This document shows positions 1 through 9,304 of a DNA stretch of 64,000 nucleotides, one piece after another (position 1 is the first letter of the stretch; each line of letters opens with the position of its first letter). The translations under genes were made by a program, and so were the position numbers. The stretch is taken from IMG/VR virus record IMGVR_UViG_3300036853_000446, positions 186,001-250,000 of that record. The stretch is one strand, 5' to 3'. The notes beneath the pieces are model-generated. The model worked only from the letters and a program-made list of their open reading frames with translations, did no database searches and was not told the DNA's origin.

Positions 1-7
1 TCCTGTT

Positions 8-478
8 TTGCAGCGACCCGTCTCGATGGCTGCCCTCGAATTTCTCTCGCGGGCGGTTCAGGCTCTCATTGGAAGCCTGCCGCGGGTTGCTCTCGAGCCG
101 CCTGGGTGGTTCCTCGCGCTGGACGAGCGAAATTACCCGTCCGTGGCAACCAAGTCGTTCCGCAGGAAGGAGAAGGGGGCGTGGCTTCGCGCCCGAGCCC
201 TCCTGCATCAGATGCTCACGCGCGAGCAGCGCTGGAGTCTTCGGGCCTCGGGCGGCTTCCAAGTCCAGGGGCAAGACGGGCGCACCTACGAGGTCAGCAA
301 GACCGCGGTGCGGCTCATCGTGGATGGGAAACCGCGCGTTTCCTACTGCATCCACCCTAAAGAGCGTTTGCCAGCCTATGACGTCATGCTGGCGCAGAAG
401 CTTTTACTCGAGAGCAACGTCCAGCATTTTCTCGCTACCGCCAACGCGCGCGACCTCGACGCCGCTCGAGCTGGATGA
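8..478 (+). CDS. Conserved phage-type hypothetical protein
   Basis: 156 aa ORF; C-terminal LPAYDVMLAQKLLLE..FLATAN motif resembles a recurrent phage hypothetical family; true start may lie before the window. Confidence 0.6.
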   Translation: MQRPVSMAALEFLSRAVQALIGSLPRVALEPPGWFLALDERNYPSVATKSFRRKEKGAWLRARALLHQMLTREQRWSLRASGGFQVQGQDGRTYEVSKTAVRLIVDGKPRVSYCIHPKERLPAYDVMLAQKLLLESNVQHFLATANARDLDAARAG

Positions 479-637
479 TGGCCCAGCATTTGCTTTAATG
501 ACTCCACGTTTGAATCACCGGCGCCCCTCGTCTTGATCAAGAAGGGTGAACCGCCCTATCTGATCGGCGGCAATACGCGGCTGATGGCGTCGCGCGCGTT
601 CGGAGCCAAGCCGAAGGTCTTAATGATTCGAGTCTAA
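479..637 (+). pseudogene. Start-less ParB/Srx-like C-terminal fragment
   Basis: Frame of ORF 8..478 continues after its TGA as ...FESPAPLVLIKKGEPPYLIGGNTRLMASRAFGAKPKVLMIRV*; GNTR resembles the ParB G-x-x-R motif. Confidence 0.35.
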
Positions 638-650
638 ACCTCATGAGCCC

Positions 651-1763
651 CTACTTCCTTTTGGTCGGCTCGGGCTTTTTGGCGTCGGCTTCCACAGCGA
701 GGGTTTCGGCAGCGGTCGAAATCGAAGCGGCGGCCTGTGCAATCGAATCGGCGGCCTGTGCAATAGACTCTGCCGCCTCGGTGCGGCCCGCTATATTGTC
801 CGCTCGAGGTGGCTTGTTCGCCTTGAGCTTGGCTGTAGCAGGGCCCACTTTCACTTTAGCGGGGCCCACTAAGGTTGGCTCCGCCCTTATGACGGACGTC
901 ACCGCGACAGGTTCCACTGTGATCGGCTTTACCACCTTGGCGGGCTCAGTCCTTATGGTCGGCGCCACTGCGGCGGGCGCCACTGCGACGGGCTCCACTG
1001 CGACGGGCTTGACCACCTTGGTGGGCTCTGCCCTTATGGTCGGCTCCACCACGGCGGGCTCCACTGCGACGGGCTCAACCACGGCGGGCTCCCGGGTCCA
1101 GCCTCCGGAAATCTGTAGCGAGGCATCTTCCTCGTTGTCCTGATTCCAACGACGGAGCACGGCGTTCGACAGCTTGACGGTTTCCGCGTGGATACTGTCC
1201 TCGACGTTCTGGGACCACGTGCCCAGGATGGCCAATCCAATGATGGACACGATTGCCGTGAACAAGCCGAACGCGGTGCAGTTCATGGCTTCGGAGATAC
1301 CCTCAGCGAGGATCCTCGATTTTTGCGTGTAGTCTACGCTCTCGGCACCCACGGAACCAAACGATTTTATGAGCCCCAGGATGGTCCCAAAGAGTCCGGA
1401 AAGCATTGCGAGATTCGCATAGAGGGCGAGGTACCGCACGCCCCGATGGATGAGCGGCAGCTCGTACAGCGCCACCTCGTCCATCCCCGCTTCGAAGGCT
1501 TTGATTCCGCGGGAGGCTCTCGCGAGTCCGCCGCGGGTGATGCGCCCAAGGGGCGTCTTGGCGGCTGCAGCAAGTCGAATGGCTCGGCTCCAGTCGCCGG
1601 CCTCGACGAGCTTCGTAATCGTTGCCGTAAAAACGTTGACCTCCTGATATGCCGAGAACAAGTAGAGGGTCTTCCAACAGAAGCCGTAAGCCACGGCGCC
1701 GAGCCAGAAAAGAATGGGCCACATCGCCCAGCCTCCCGCCCTGAAATGCTCGAGGAGGGTCAT
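651..1763 (-). CDS. MotA/TolQ/ExbB proton-channel protein with repetitive C-terminal tail
   Basis: GGWAMWPI N-terminal TM, GLFGTILGLIKSFG and GISEAMNCTAFGL TM motifs; about 150 aa Pro/Val/Ala/Glu tail. Confidence 0.9.
   Translation of the reverse strand: MTLLEHFRAGGWAMWPILFWLGAVAYGFCWKTLYLFSAYQEVNVFTATITKLVEAGDWSRAIRLAAAAKTPLGRITRGGLARASRGIKAFEAGMDEVALYELPLIHRGVRYLALYANLAMLSGLFGTILGLIKSFGSVGAESVDYTQKSRILAEGISEAMNCTAFGLFTAIVSIIGLAILGTWSQNVEDSIHAETVKLSNAVLRRWNQDNEEDASLQISGGWTREPAVVEPVAVEPAVVEPTIRAEPTKVVKPVAVEPVAVAPAAVAPTIRTEPAKVVKPITVEPVAVTSVIRAEPTLVGPAKVKVGPATAKLKANKPPRADNIAGRTEAAESIAQAADSIAQAAASISTAAETLAVEADAKKPEPTKRK
865..1092. repeat. Degenerate coding tandem repeats in the TolQ tail
   Basis: Recurring gcgggctccactgcgacgggc-like units encoding EPVAV / PTIRAEPTKVVKP. 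Confidence 0.8.
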
Positions 1764-2458
1764 ATCTCGAGAGCGTCCAGAAGCTCGCGGGCAAGATCCG
1801 CGTCGTCGACCGGCGAGGGCCGGGTATCGTAACCGCTTTCATGAAGCCGCGAGCCCACGGCGCCCCGGGCGTTGTCCCCCGTGTAGTGGCCCTCGTAGAG
1901 CAAGGGCTCTCCGACGATCGTGTGAAACCTGACCTGGCAGAAACGCATTTTCGGGAAGACCCGCACTGGGATCTGCGCCGTCACCTCCAGCGTGAACTGA
2001 CCGTTGAAGCCCGGGTCTCCGTAGCCCGCCGTGTGATGGATGAGAATGAAGCAGCGGCCAAGGCTCGATTTGCCGTCGACGATCGACACGTAGTGGTCGG
2101 TGTGTATGCGCTCGGCCGTGTGCATCAGATAGCAGATGCCGGGTTTGAGCACCCAGCCGATCGCGGGGTCGATCGTTCGCGTCACCGTCGGCCACGCCGC
2201 CCGCGTGTCCCAGATGACCTCGGGGTAGGTCACGACTCGACCCGACACCGCCCTGTATTCACGGCCATCAACCGAGGGCCGCTTGCAGTCACCTTCCTTG
2301 AAAGTCCCCTCGTAGAGGGTCACCCGATCCCCGAGCGTGAGATCGACGGACGCCGGGTTGACGCGCTTCGGGTTGAATGGATCAATCTCGATTCGCCCGG
2401 CGTCGATCTGTTTACGGATTTCAGGGCCCGTCAGGATGCCTTGAGCAGCAGGATTCAT
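1760..2458 (-). CDS. dcd: dCTP deaminase
   Basis: NPASVDLTLG, DGKSSLGR, TAGYGDPGFNGQFTLE, RFCQVRF motifs. Confidence 0.95.
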   Translation of the reverse strand: MNPAAQGILTGPEIRKQIDAGRIEIDPFNPKRVNPASVDLTLGDRVTLYEGTFKEGDCKRPSVDGREYRAVSGRVVTYPEVIWDTRAAWPTVTRTIDPAIGWVLKPGICYLMHTAERIHTDHYVSIVDGKSSLGRCFILIHHTAGYGDPGFNGQFTLEVTAQIPVRVFPKMRFCQVRFHTIVGEPLLYEGHYTGDNARGAVGSRLHESGYDTRPSPVDDADLARELLDALEI

Positions 2459-2470
2459 GATCCGTGTCTC

Positions 2471-2477
2471 TACACCG
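2471..2477 (-). promoter_or_regulatory. CGGTGTA motif 12 nt upstream of dcd ATG
   Basis: One of about 20 copies at 9-12 nt from start codons (see findings). Confidence 0.75.
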
Positions 2478-2497
2478 GAGGCTCACGCTGACGTTTA

Positions 2498-3880
2498 TCA
2501 GTGATTCCTGAACTGCCAATCTTGGACAATGGCACCCTCAGCCGGCAATGGCCTTTCTTTCCAATCGGCGATGAGCCTCTCGAGCGGTTTAATATCCGAG
2601 GCCATCGACTTGATCATGTCGGGAAACTTACGCTTTGCAGTTTCAACGCCCTTATTCCACCCGCGGTCACCAAGCCTGACGAGCGAGCGAACATCGCCGG
2701 GCACCACAAAAAGGATATCGAGAGTTCCAGCATCAATCTGAGCCAGTAACTCTCGAAGCTTCTCCTGTTGCAAGATGAGGACTTTCACGAGGTGCTTGGT
2801 CCCTTCGGGGGATAACTCAAACGGCGGAAAGCCCGCACTAATGCAGTTGCCCTGGATGCTTCCCCACCCCGGTCGGGTGAAGCCATGATTCACTACGGTC
2901 GGGAGACCTCCCGACGCTTTCAGCTTGACGTTACGGAAGCATCCTCCACATGACCCAGTGTTGTTCCTGGTCCGTTGTGCGCCCGGCTGATGCTCCTCCA
3001 TTCCGAGAGCATCGAGTACCTGTTTACTGAAGCTCGTCTCCTTTTTAAGCCAAGTGACGTAACCGAAGCTCCGAATAAACTTGGTAGCTGGCTTGGGTCC
3101 AAGCTTTGCCAAGTTACGGAAATCTCCTTGTTTGATCGACCGCCGCCACACATTATGCTCAGGTAGGACCTCGAATGTCTTGCCCTCAGGCGACGTTATT
3201 CTGAAGCCGGCGGCGCCGACCCACAACTTGAACTCGAATCCCGTCGCTTCGGGTCCCGCACCGGGAGCCGCACGAACGTCGGTGATATCCATGACGTAAA
3301 TTGCATCCGCGCGGGGCGAGACGGGCAGGCTCGCTACTTCATGCTTTCTCGCGTACGCATGCAATTCGGCCACTTCGGCAGCCACTTTTGACACAAAATC
3401 GGTTTCGTACAGAACATGTACGATTCCGATGCACGGTTCTATGTTCCAACCCCCGAGATGGTCGAGAACCTTCTTTAGCTTGCCGATGCTTTCGATCGGG
3501 GTCGTCACACCCTTACGGAGCTTCAGCAGGATGGCCTCCATGTCGTCGGCAGCCTGGATGTACTGCTCGGCGACGCGGGCCCCGATGAGATCGATGGACT
3601 TCTTGTTCATGGGCATCCAATTCGCACATTTCAGGTAGCGCACGGCGAGCCGTGTTGCGAGCGGAGCCCGTCGGATCTTGAAGAGGGCGATCGTCTTGGT
3701 CTTGTGGGGGCTCTTGTTGAGAGGCTGCAGCTCGACCAACGGGTTACCTCTACCATCGTCATGGAAGGCAACTATTTTTGCGGGCACATTGAGGAATTTG
3801 CCCATCATCACCAAATCCCCGACGTTGAAAAACGCGGCGGCGATGCCCCGGCCATTCTTTTGCTGCCTTGCAGTCCGCAT
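2498..3880 (-). CDS. Leader-bearing protein with two RVA-x-x-Y motifs and C-terminal Cys/His (Zn-binding-like) domain
   Basis: ATRLAVRYLKCA and GARVAEQYIQAA; GSCGGC...NHGFTRPGWG..GNC. Confidence 0.75.
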   Translation of the reverse strand: MRTARQQKNGRGIAAAFFNVGDLVMMGKFLNVPAKIVAFHDDGRGNPLVELQPLNKSPHKTKTIALFKIRRAPLATRLAVRYLKCANWMPMNKKSIDLIGARVAEQYIQAADDMEAILLKLRKGVTTPIESIGKLKKVLDHLGGWNIEPCIGIVHVLYETDFVSKVAAEVAELHAYARKHEVASLPVSPRADAIYVMDITDVRAAPGAGPEATGFEFKLWVGAAGFRITSPEGKTFEVLPEHNVWRRSIKQGDFRNLAKLGPKPATKFIRSFGYVTWLKKETSFSKQVLDALGMEEHQPGAQRTRNNTGSCGGCFRNVKLKASGGLPTVVNHGFTRPGWGSIQGNCISAGFPPFELSPEGTKHLVKVLILQQEKLRELLAQIDAGTLDILFVVPGDVRSLVRLGDRGWNKGVETAKRKFPDMIKSMASDIKPLERLIADWKERPLPAEGAIVQDWQFRNH

Positions 3881-3948
3881 TGCATTCGGGCCGGGCCAAA
3901 AGTAAATCCGCGAGAATGAGGCACTCGCGACCCCCAACGGTCGTCACC

Positions 3949-4290
3949 ATGCGAATGATCCAGAATCCCGACGTCTGGCGCGAAGCGAACATCTCGGCGC
4001 TCGACGGTGTCGATCCTGATGTCTACGACCGAATCCGGTCGACCCCCGGGGCCCACCCCGATGACCTCCTCGATCAACGAGGCGTTCACGTCAAAGCCGT
4101 CTTCGAAACGAAGCGCTACAGTTTTGTGCACTTCGGAGTCCTCATCAAATTCAGGGGCGCTCCGTTGCATTGGCGTACGCCGGGCTACGAAACGGTCGCC
4201 GACGAGGTCGTAGTCGTCTCGACCACGGATAAAGAGACCGTCTGGTTTGGCAGCGTCGAGCAGTACCTCGAGATGTGGTGCGCCGATTGA
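3949..4290 (+). CDS. Hypothetical protein
   Basis: Clean ORF divergent from 2498..3880. Confidence 0.6.
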   Translation: MRMIQNPDVWREANISALDGVDPDVYDRIRSTPGAHPDDLLDQRGVHVKAVFETKRYSFVHFGVLIKFRGAPLHWRTPGYETVADEVVVVSTTDKETVWFGSVEQYLEMWCAD

Positions 4291-4307
4291 CGGTGTAAGA
4301 GCGGACG

Positions 4308-4601
4308 GTGATGGGGTCCATCGTCGTCGTTCACCAACTCGAAGGTGGCTACCGCAGACGGTGGGTCTTCGAGTGGCACGGCCGAGACGTCGTCCTCTTG
4401 CGCTACCACCTCGAGCGTCGCGAGGGCAAAGGCCACCGACTCGTCGAATTCTTCGACGGCCAGGATGCCGGCGACTACGGCAACTGGAAATGGCTCGAGG
4501 AGTCCGAAGTGCCCTGGGACGAGGAGCTTCAGGGTGAGGTCGGACTGGCCATCATCAGCAGGCTACGGATCAGAAGGCCGAGCGAGAGCCGCGACGGCTA
4601 G
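4308..4601 (+). CDS. Hypothetical protein
   Basis: CGGTGTA at 4291-4297, 10 nt before the GTG. Confidence 0.65.
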   Translation: MMGSIVVVHQLEGGYRRRWVFEWHGRDVVLLRYHLERREGKGHRLVEFFDGQDAGDYGNWKWLEESEVPWDEELQGEVGLAIISRLRIRRPSESRDG

Positions 4602-4626
4602 AGTTCTTATCAAGGTCACCCATCGT

Positions 4627-5136
4627 ATGATCGACGCGCATGAAATAGTCCCGCTTCTCTGGCAAGGTTCAAAGCCCAAACCCGGGCGCGAGATAGCCGA
4701 TGCGGGCTTCGATGTCCTCGTGTTCTGCGCGCGAGATCACCAACCCTCGCCGGCCTCCTTCCCCGGGCTCGAGGTCATTCTCGCCCCGAACGATGATCAT
4801 ACTTTCCTCACGAAAGACGACTTGGCCGTGGCTGTCAGCACGGCGACTCGGGTGGCCAAGCGTCTCTTGTCGGGAAAAAAGATCCTCGTGACCTGTTACG
4901 CGGGGATCAACCGCTCCGGTCTCGTCGTCGCGCTGACGCTACACAAGGCCTTCGGCTACTCGGGACGGAGCTGCATCGAGCTGGTGAGGCAGCGTCGAAA
5001 GTTCGAAGATGGGGACGTGGCCCTCACCAACACGTTCTTTGTCGAGGCCTTGCTCAAACTACCGGGCCAAGATTTGGTCGTCACCCCAAATATTTGCATC
5101 TCGGATCACCGAGGTCACCGCGGGTTGATTGTGTGA
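4627..5136 (+). CDS. Dual-specificity/tyrosine phosphatase
   Basis: CX5R loop VTCYAGINRSG; EIVPLLWQGS N-terminus. Confidence 0.9.
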   Translation: MIDAHEIVPLLWQGSKPKPGREIADAGFDVLVFCARDHQPSPASFPGLEVILAPNDDHTFLTKDDLAVAVSTATRVAKRLLSGKKILVTCYAGINRSGLVVALTLHKAFGYSGRSCIELVRQRRKFEDGDVALTNTFFVEALLKLPGQDLVVTPNICISDHRGHRGLIV

Positions 5137-5218
5137 TTTCACGGGGTTCTCTCGAACCGATCTGTGGATAACCCGTTTCCACTAGATCAAACTTCACAGG
5201 TTTCGTAATAGGTGGATC

Positions 5219-5473
5219 ATGCGGAGCGCAGTCCAGACCCCTCGCATGTATCGATCCACCCTGCTCATGTCGATAGAGGACGCGATCGCCCACGTCGACG
5301 GCTGCGGCGCCCGTCACGTGGCGGGCGCGTGCGGTGGACTCTACGTTTGCAACTCGTGTGGCCGCACCATCGGGCGCTGCCACTCGGAGCCGGACATGCC
5401 GGCCGTTTGTGTCCTCTGCCGAGCCCGATACCTGAGAGCGTGGTCACTCAACGATGCGAAAATCACGGGCTAG
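5219..5473 (+). CDS. Small Cys-rich Zn-binding protein
   Basis: CNSC, CVLC and further Cys/His pairs. Confidence 0.6.
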   Translation: MRSAVQTPRMYRSTLLMSIEDAIAHVDGCGARHVAGACGGLYVCNSCGRTIGRCHSEPDMPAVCVLCRARYLRAWSLNDAKITG

Positions 5474-5608
5474 GTAGATAAAGTCCTCACCACTGTCGTC
5501 TACAATTCTGAGTCGACCTTCCGCCTCATGTTTAGGGTCCGGCAGCACCCGGTATTTCTTACCCTCTGTCAGGTCCACATCGTCCCCTAGTAAGCAGATG
5601 GCGTGCAG
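5444..5608 (-). CDS. Putative immunity/antitoxin for the upstream toxin
   Basis: AICL..DLTEGKKYRVLPD..LRIVDDSGEDFIYLARDF matches a small family I recall as paired with this toxin type; start uncertain (CTG). Confidence 0.6.
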   Translation of the reverse strand: MHAICLLGDDVDLTEGKKYRVLPDPKHEAEGRLRIVDDSGEDFIYLARDFRIVE

Positions 5609-5615
5609 TGCACTC

Positions 5616-5975
5616 TTATTTCTTGACCTTGAATTCGTATCGACCGCGGCCGGCCCATTCGATCCAGTGGACCTCTGCGGCGGTTTGCGTTTTGCCGTCG
5701 TCGTATCTGACGTTGGCATTGCCTTTCCATTTCGTCCATTCATTGGCTTCCCCACCGTACTTGGCAGCCTTCTACGCGGCGTCTCTAAAGGGCTTGATTT
5801 CTTCGCGATGAGTGACCTTGCTTGTGACGATAAAGCCTCTTGGTTTTCCGTGGGCAAGCTCGCCGCGATACTGCTTAGGTGGTTTGGGTCGCTTCGTTTT
5901 CGGGTCATCGGAGGGATCTTGCGCGGCGAGAAATCTCTTTGTAACGCGGTACGCGAGATTGTCATAACGTCTCAC
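5616..5975 (-). pseudogene. Leader-bearing putative nuclease toxin (MuF C-terminal type) interrupted by in-frame TAG at 5772-5774
   Basis: Reading through the TAG gives ...RVTKRFLAA...FRDAA*KAAKYGGEANEWTKWKG..AEVHWIEWAGRGRYEFKVKK*. Confidence 0.7.
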
Positions 5976-5983
5976 ACAACGGA

Positions 5984-5991
5984 CGCATCAA
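5984..5991 (-). promoter_or_regulatory. TTGATGCG motif upstream of leader-bearing gene
   Basis: Identical 8-mer at 53538-53545 and 56374-56381, also upstream of leader genes. Confidence 0.55.
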
Positions 5992-6099
5992 CAAACGCCT
6001 TATTGTAACACAAAACGGAGTGCAACGCCGCTTCCCGATCGCAACCTCGAAAACTATCGTAGCTCGTAACTTTCGCAACTATTCAGTAACGGCTTGGCA

Positions 6100-6606
6100 A
6101 TGACCATCCAGTACGTCGTGGGGGACGCGACCCGTCCGCAGGGGCCCGGACCCAAAGTTCTCGTCCACTGCGTGAACGACATCGGCAAGTTTGGCGCGGG
6201 TTTCGCTCTGGCCATCAACTCCCGCTGGTCTCGAGTTGCGGAGTCGTATCGGGAGTGGCATCGGACCGGTAGCTCTCCCCTGGTCCTGGGTTTGACGCCG
6301 AGCGCCGAGCCGACAACGGCCTTTCACCTTGGGGCCGTTCAATTCGTCGAGGTCGAACCGAGCCTCTGGGTCGCCAACCTCATCGGGCAGCACAAGACCA
6401 TCAGCGACGGCGAGAAGGTGCCGGTCCGCTACGAGGCACTGGAGATGGGCCTTCAGACGGTCGCGGTATTCTGTGACCGCCAGCAGGCCTCCGTCCACGC
6501 GCCGCGGCTCGGGGCGGGGCTCGCCGGAGGGCGTTGGGACAGGATCGAAGCCCTTCTGAAGCGCACGCTGCGAGGACGATCGGTGACGATTTACACGCTG
6601 CCCTGA
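6100..6606 (+). CDS. Macrodomain (Appr-1-p / ADP-ribose processing, TARG1/Poa1-like)
   Basis: YVVGDAT, VHCVNDIGKFGAGFA, APRLGAGLAGGRW. Confidence 0.9.
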   Translation: MTIQYVVGDATRPQGPGPKVLVHCVNDIGKFGAGFALAINSRWSRVAESYREWHRTGSSPLVLGLTPSAEPTTAFHLGAVQFVEVEPSLWVANLIGQHKTISDGEKVPVRYEALEMGLQTVAVFCDRQQASVHAPRLGAGLAGGRWDRIEALLKRTLRGRSVTIYTLP

Positions 6607-6677
6607 CCCGACCGTTGCATGAGAAATCTTCTAACCACAACCTTTGCAATCTCCTCGTCCACCTTCGCTAGGCGCAT
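6591..6677 (-). CDS. Leader-only micro-ORF
   Basis: MRLAKVDEEIAKVVVRRFLMQRSGQGSV; TCGATGAG upstream at 6717-6724. Confidence 0.35.
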   Translation of the reverse strand: MRLAKVDEEIAKVVVRRFLMQRSGQGSV

Positions 6678-6753
6678 CGCGGGTTTTCCATAGAGCGTAT
6701 GCTCTGAAGCCGAACGCTCATCGACTATGCGCCGTAGAGATCCGCAAACACCA

Positions 6754-7128
6754 TCACGCACTCTTCTTCGCGCGTTTCTTTGTTGCCGTGCGACTCGCCA
6801 TGGGTCCACGTTCCAGAGCTTCGGGCGTAGGACGGGTGAAGAGAAATTCTGCTACGATGACACGAAGTAGCGCGTGGAGCGTTATCATGCGATGAGAAGC
6901 CTCGGCTTCGAGTTGATCCCACACATCGTTGGTGAATCGGAGCGATCGAGTCGAGGTACCAATCGCCTTGTTTCCCTTCGGCGGCCGTCCACGGACTGCT
7001 CGTGTGAACGCCAGAGCGTTTGCACGGCCCTCAACCCCGTGCCCGAAGGTGCGCGTGGCGTCCCCTTCGTTATCGGCCTGCAACGCTTCTAGTCGCTTTG
7101 CGGTGGGATCCTTGTCATCAACCTTCAT
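6754..7128 (-). CDS. BrnA-like/RHH antitoxin
   Basis: RGRPPKG..TRSLRFTNDVW..L RHH-like C-terminus; overlaps the BrnT stop. Confidence 0.75.
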   Translation of the reverse strand: MKVDDKDPTAKRLEALQADNEGDATRTFGHGVEGRANALAFTRAVRGRPPKGNKAIGTSTRSLRFTNDVWDQLEAEASHRMITLHALLRVIVAEFLFTRPTPEALERGPMASRTATKKRAKKSA

Positions 7129-7384
7129 AACGTTTCCTTTGCGAGGGCGTGGCAACCCACGCGGTGATGATCTCAGCGTGTTCGTTGTCGACAATCTCGA
7201 CCGTGACGACATACAGCAGCCTTTCGTGGTCTGAGTACCCGATGAAGTTCATCCGCTCGGGGTGACGCAAATTTGGCTCGAAGTAGACGTCCGGATCGTT
7301 GTACGCGGTCTCGGCTTCCTCGAATGAAACGCCGTGCTTGCTGAGGTGCTCAGCCGCGTTCTGCTCATCCCAAGTAAACTTCAC
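7118..7384 (-). CDS. brnT: BrnT family toxin
   Basis: FTWDEQN..HLSKHGVSFEEA..ERMNFIGYS..LLYVVTVE..IITAW. Confidence 0.85.
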   Translation of the reverse strand: MKFTWDEQNAAEHLSKHGVSFEEAETAYNDPDVYFEPNLRHPERMNFIGYSDHERLLYVVTVEIVDNEHAEIITAWVATPSQRKRYEG

Positions 7385-7685
7385 ATTAAAGAGTAACACT
7401 AATTATCGTGGAGAGCAACGTCCGAAGCCAAACGGGCACGAACAGGCCGCCCGGGCCCGAGAGTCCGGTATGCAAGTGCTTGAAATCGTTATATAGAAAG
7501 CGGCAGAAAGGCATAGTCCGCTTCCGACGGGAGTTTCCGACATCTTGGGCCAAAGAGGCCCGTTGGCCTGATTGGGGCCATCGGGGGCCAACCCGAGCGC
7601 GGACGGTTTGGAAGCGACTGACGAACTCGTTGAAGGTCCGCGTTACTCAACTGTCCAATGGATCGACCCGGTGTATTCCCCGGGC

Positions 7686-8006
7686 ATGAAGAACTTCGAC
7701 CCAGCCACGATTCGTCCCCTCTGGAACCGCGTCCTCATCGAGGAAGACCCCAAGCCCACCGTGAGCGAGGGCGGAAGCATCATCCTCCCGTCCACGGCGC
7801 GCGACGCCAAATACTTCACGCCCGCGACCGTGCTCGCCGTCGGTCGGGGCAAGCTCCTGAAGAGCGGGAAGCTCGTCGAGATTCCCTTCAGGAAAGGTGA
7901 CCGCGTCGTACTCGGGAAGCGCCAAGGCGTCGAGGTTCATGGCGAGCGCATTCGGATGGTCGACGTCGATACCATCGAAGGTCTGTTAGAGGAAGAATCT
8001 GCGTGA
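7686..8006 (+). CDS. groES: Co-chaperonin GroES
   Basis: IRPLWNRVLI, GGSIILP, VLAVGRG, KGDRV; CGGTGTA 10 nt upstream. Confidence 0.9.
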   Translation: MKNFDPATIRPLWNRVLIEEDPKPTVSEGGSIILPSTARDAKYFTPATVLAVGRGKLLKSGKLVEIPFRKGDRVVLGKRQGVEVHGERIRMVDVDTIEGLLEEESA

Positions 8007-8275
8007 TTCACGCGGATCCGAAAGAGCTGCTCGAGAAGCTCGTCCTCGCACGCGAGATGGTTCAGGTGGGTGGCTCTTACCGCCACCGCATCACGGGCGC
8101 GTTGTATCGCGTGCATCTCATCGTCATGCGTGGGGAGAAACTGGAGCCCGCGGTCGTCTATTCTGCGGTGGACGGGCCCGCAATCCCTTGGGATCGAAAA
8201 CTCACGGTTTTCCTCGAGCGCTTTCACCTCGTCGAGTTCTCGGCGTTGCCTCCTATCGATCCACCCGAAGTCTAA
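8003..8275 (+). CDS. DUF1653-like protein
   Basis: GGSYRH..GALYRV..EPAVVY..WDRKLTVFLERF. Confidence 0.7.
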   Translation: MIHADPKELLEKLVLAREMVQVGGSYRHRITGALYRVHLIVMRGEKLEPAVVYSAVDGPAIPWDRKLTVFLERFHLVEFSALPPIDPPEV

Positions 8276-8279
8276 GATC

Positions 8280-8621
8280 ATGAGCGAGCCCTCTTCTCCG
8301 TGTCTCGTGAAATATAGGGCCTTGTGTCATCAACCAGCGCCGCCCGAGATTCGAGAGAGTACGTGGACGATCCTCGCGGCGTGGATCGGTGATCACGTGG
8401 CCCAAGATGCCCTCGTCGAGACTTATCGGGAAATGTTAAAGGAACTTGGCCCCATCTCGCAAGCAAAGGAGGGCACCCCCGCGGGACTCCTTGCCGAGGC
8501 CATCAGAGACGCCGCTGACGTCGTCTGGTATGCCTTGGACGAAGAGCATCTCGAGATGCTCGATGAAGTTGTGGCGGAGCTGGCCAAGCTGCCGGCAGAA
8601 AACAACCCGCAACCCGAGTGA
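8280..8621 (+). CDS. Hypothetical protein
   Basis: Co-directional ORF directly after DUF1653. Confidence 0.6.
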   Translation: MSEPSSPCLVKYRALCHQPAPPEIRESTWTILAAWIGDHVAQDALVETYREMLKELGPISQAKEGTPAGLLAEAIRDAADVVWYALDEEHLEMLDEVVAELAKLPAENNPQPE

Positions 8622-8656
8622 AAGTCGACATCGTTGATTCGCGCCGTAACGCCTGT

Positions 8657-9301
8657 CTAGCGCAGACCTAAATCTTGCGCGCGGTCGTGGTGGCCCTGCA
8701 CCGTCCACGACCGCGTGAGTGCGCCTTGGAGTAAGTGCCCGAGTTCGTGCTGAAGCGTCGTTTGCGACAAGGGCTCGACCGATCGCCGGTAGCTGACGAC
8801 CATCTTGTGTGAACGCGCCACGTCGAACCCGGGCAGCGGCATCTTCTCGCCCGCGCAGCAGCTCCCCGCGAGGTTCGGCTTCAGCCAGACCCAGAACATG
8901 GCGCCGTCCGCGAAGTCGCGAATCTGCGACCATCTGAAGGCCTTCTGCCAGCAGTCGAAGGTAAAGAAGAACTGGCCGATGACCACCTCGGGATCGAGAG
9001 CCCCCTTGTAGCTGCCCGGGTGGATCATGACCGAATAGAAAGGTCCCCGGATGTAAATGAACGGCTCGAGCAGTCGGCGTCTCCGCCAGAGAAGGTTCGC
9101 GTAGACGGCGGTCACGCCGAGCAGGAGGATCCCGAGCGTCCCTTGCACGCCGATCAATCCGGCGGGTAGTCCCCAGGCCTTGGCAGTGCTTTGGCATCTT
9201 GACGTTCCGGCGCACAGCAAGGCGATGAGGACGAGCGGGACGAGCGAGCCCGGGAACAGCAGGTCCTTCGAAGTCAGCCAACGCGGTCTGGACGGCGGCA
9301 T
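8657..9301 (-). CDS. Membrane-anchored zincin-like protein
   Basis: Two N-terminal hydrophobic segments; LQHELGHLL (HExxH). Confidence 0.6.
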   Translation of the reverse strand: MPPSRPRWLTSKDLLFPGSLVPLVLIALLCAGTSRCQSTAKAWGLPAGLIGVQGTLGILLLGVTAVYANLLWRRRRLLEPFIYIRGPFYSVMIHPGSYKGALDPEVVIGQFFFTFDCWQKAFRWSQIRDFADGAMFWVWLKPNLAGSCCAGEKMPLPGFDVARSHKMVVSYRRSVEPLSQTTLQHELGHLLQGALTRSWTVQGHHDRAQDLGLR

Positions 9302-9304
9302 GAC

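Noticed and set aside
5163-5171. DnaA box TGTGGATAA as an origin
   Set aside because: Single perfect copy (one near-match near 29921); no cluster or AT-rich unwinding element
5772-5774. Genome-wide TAG reassignment (genetic code 15)
   Set aside because: Many clear genes end in TAG (e.g. 17655, 21523, 28606, 37163, 37793, 61697), so TAG is a normal stop here
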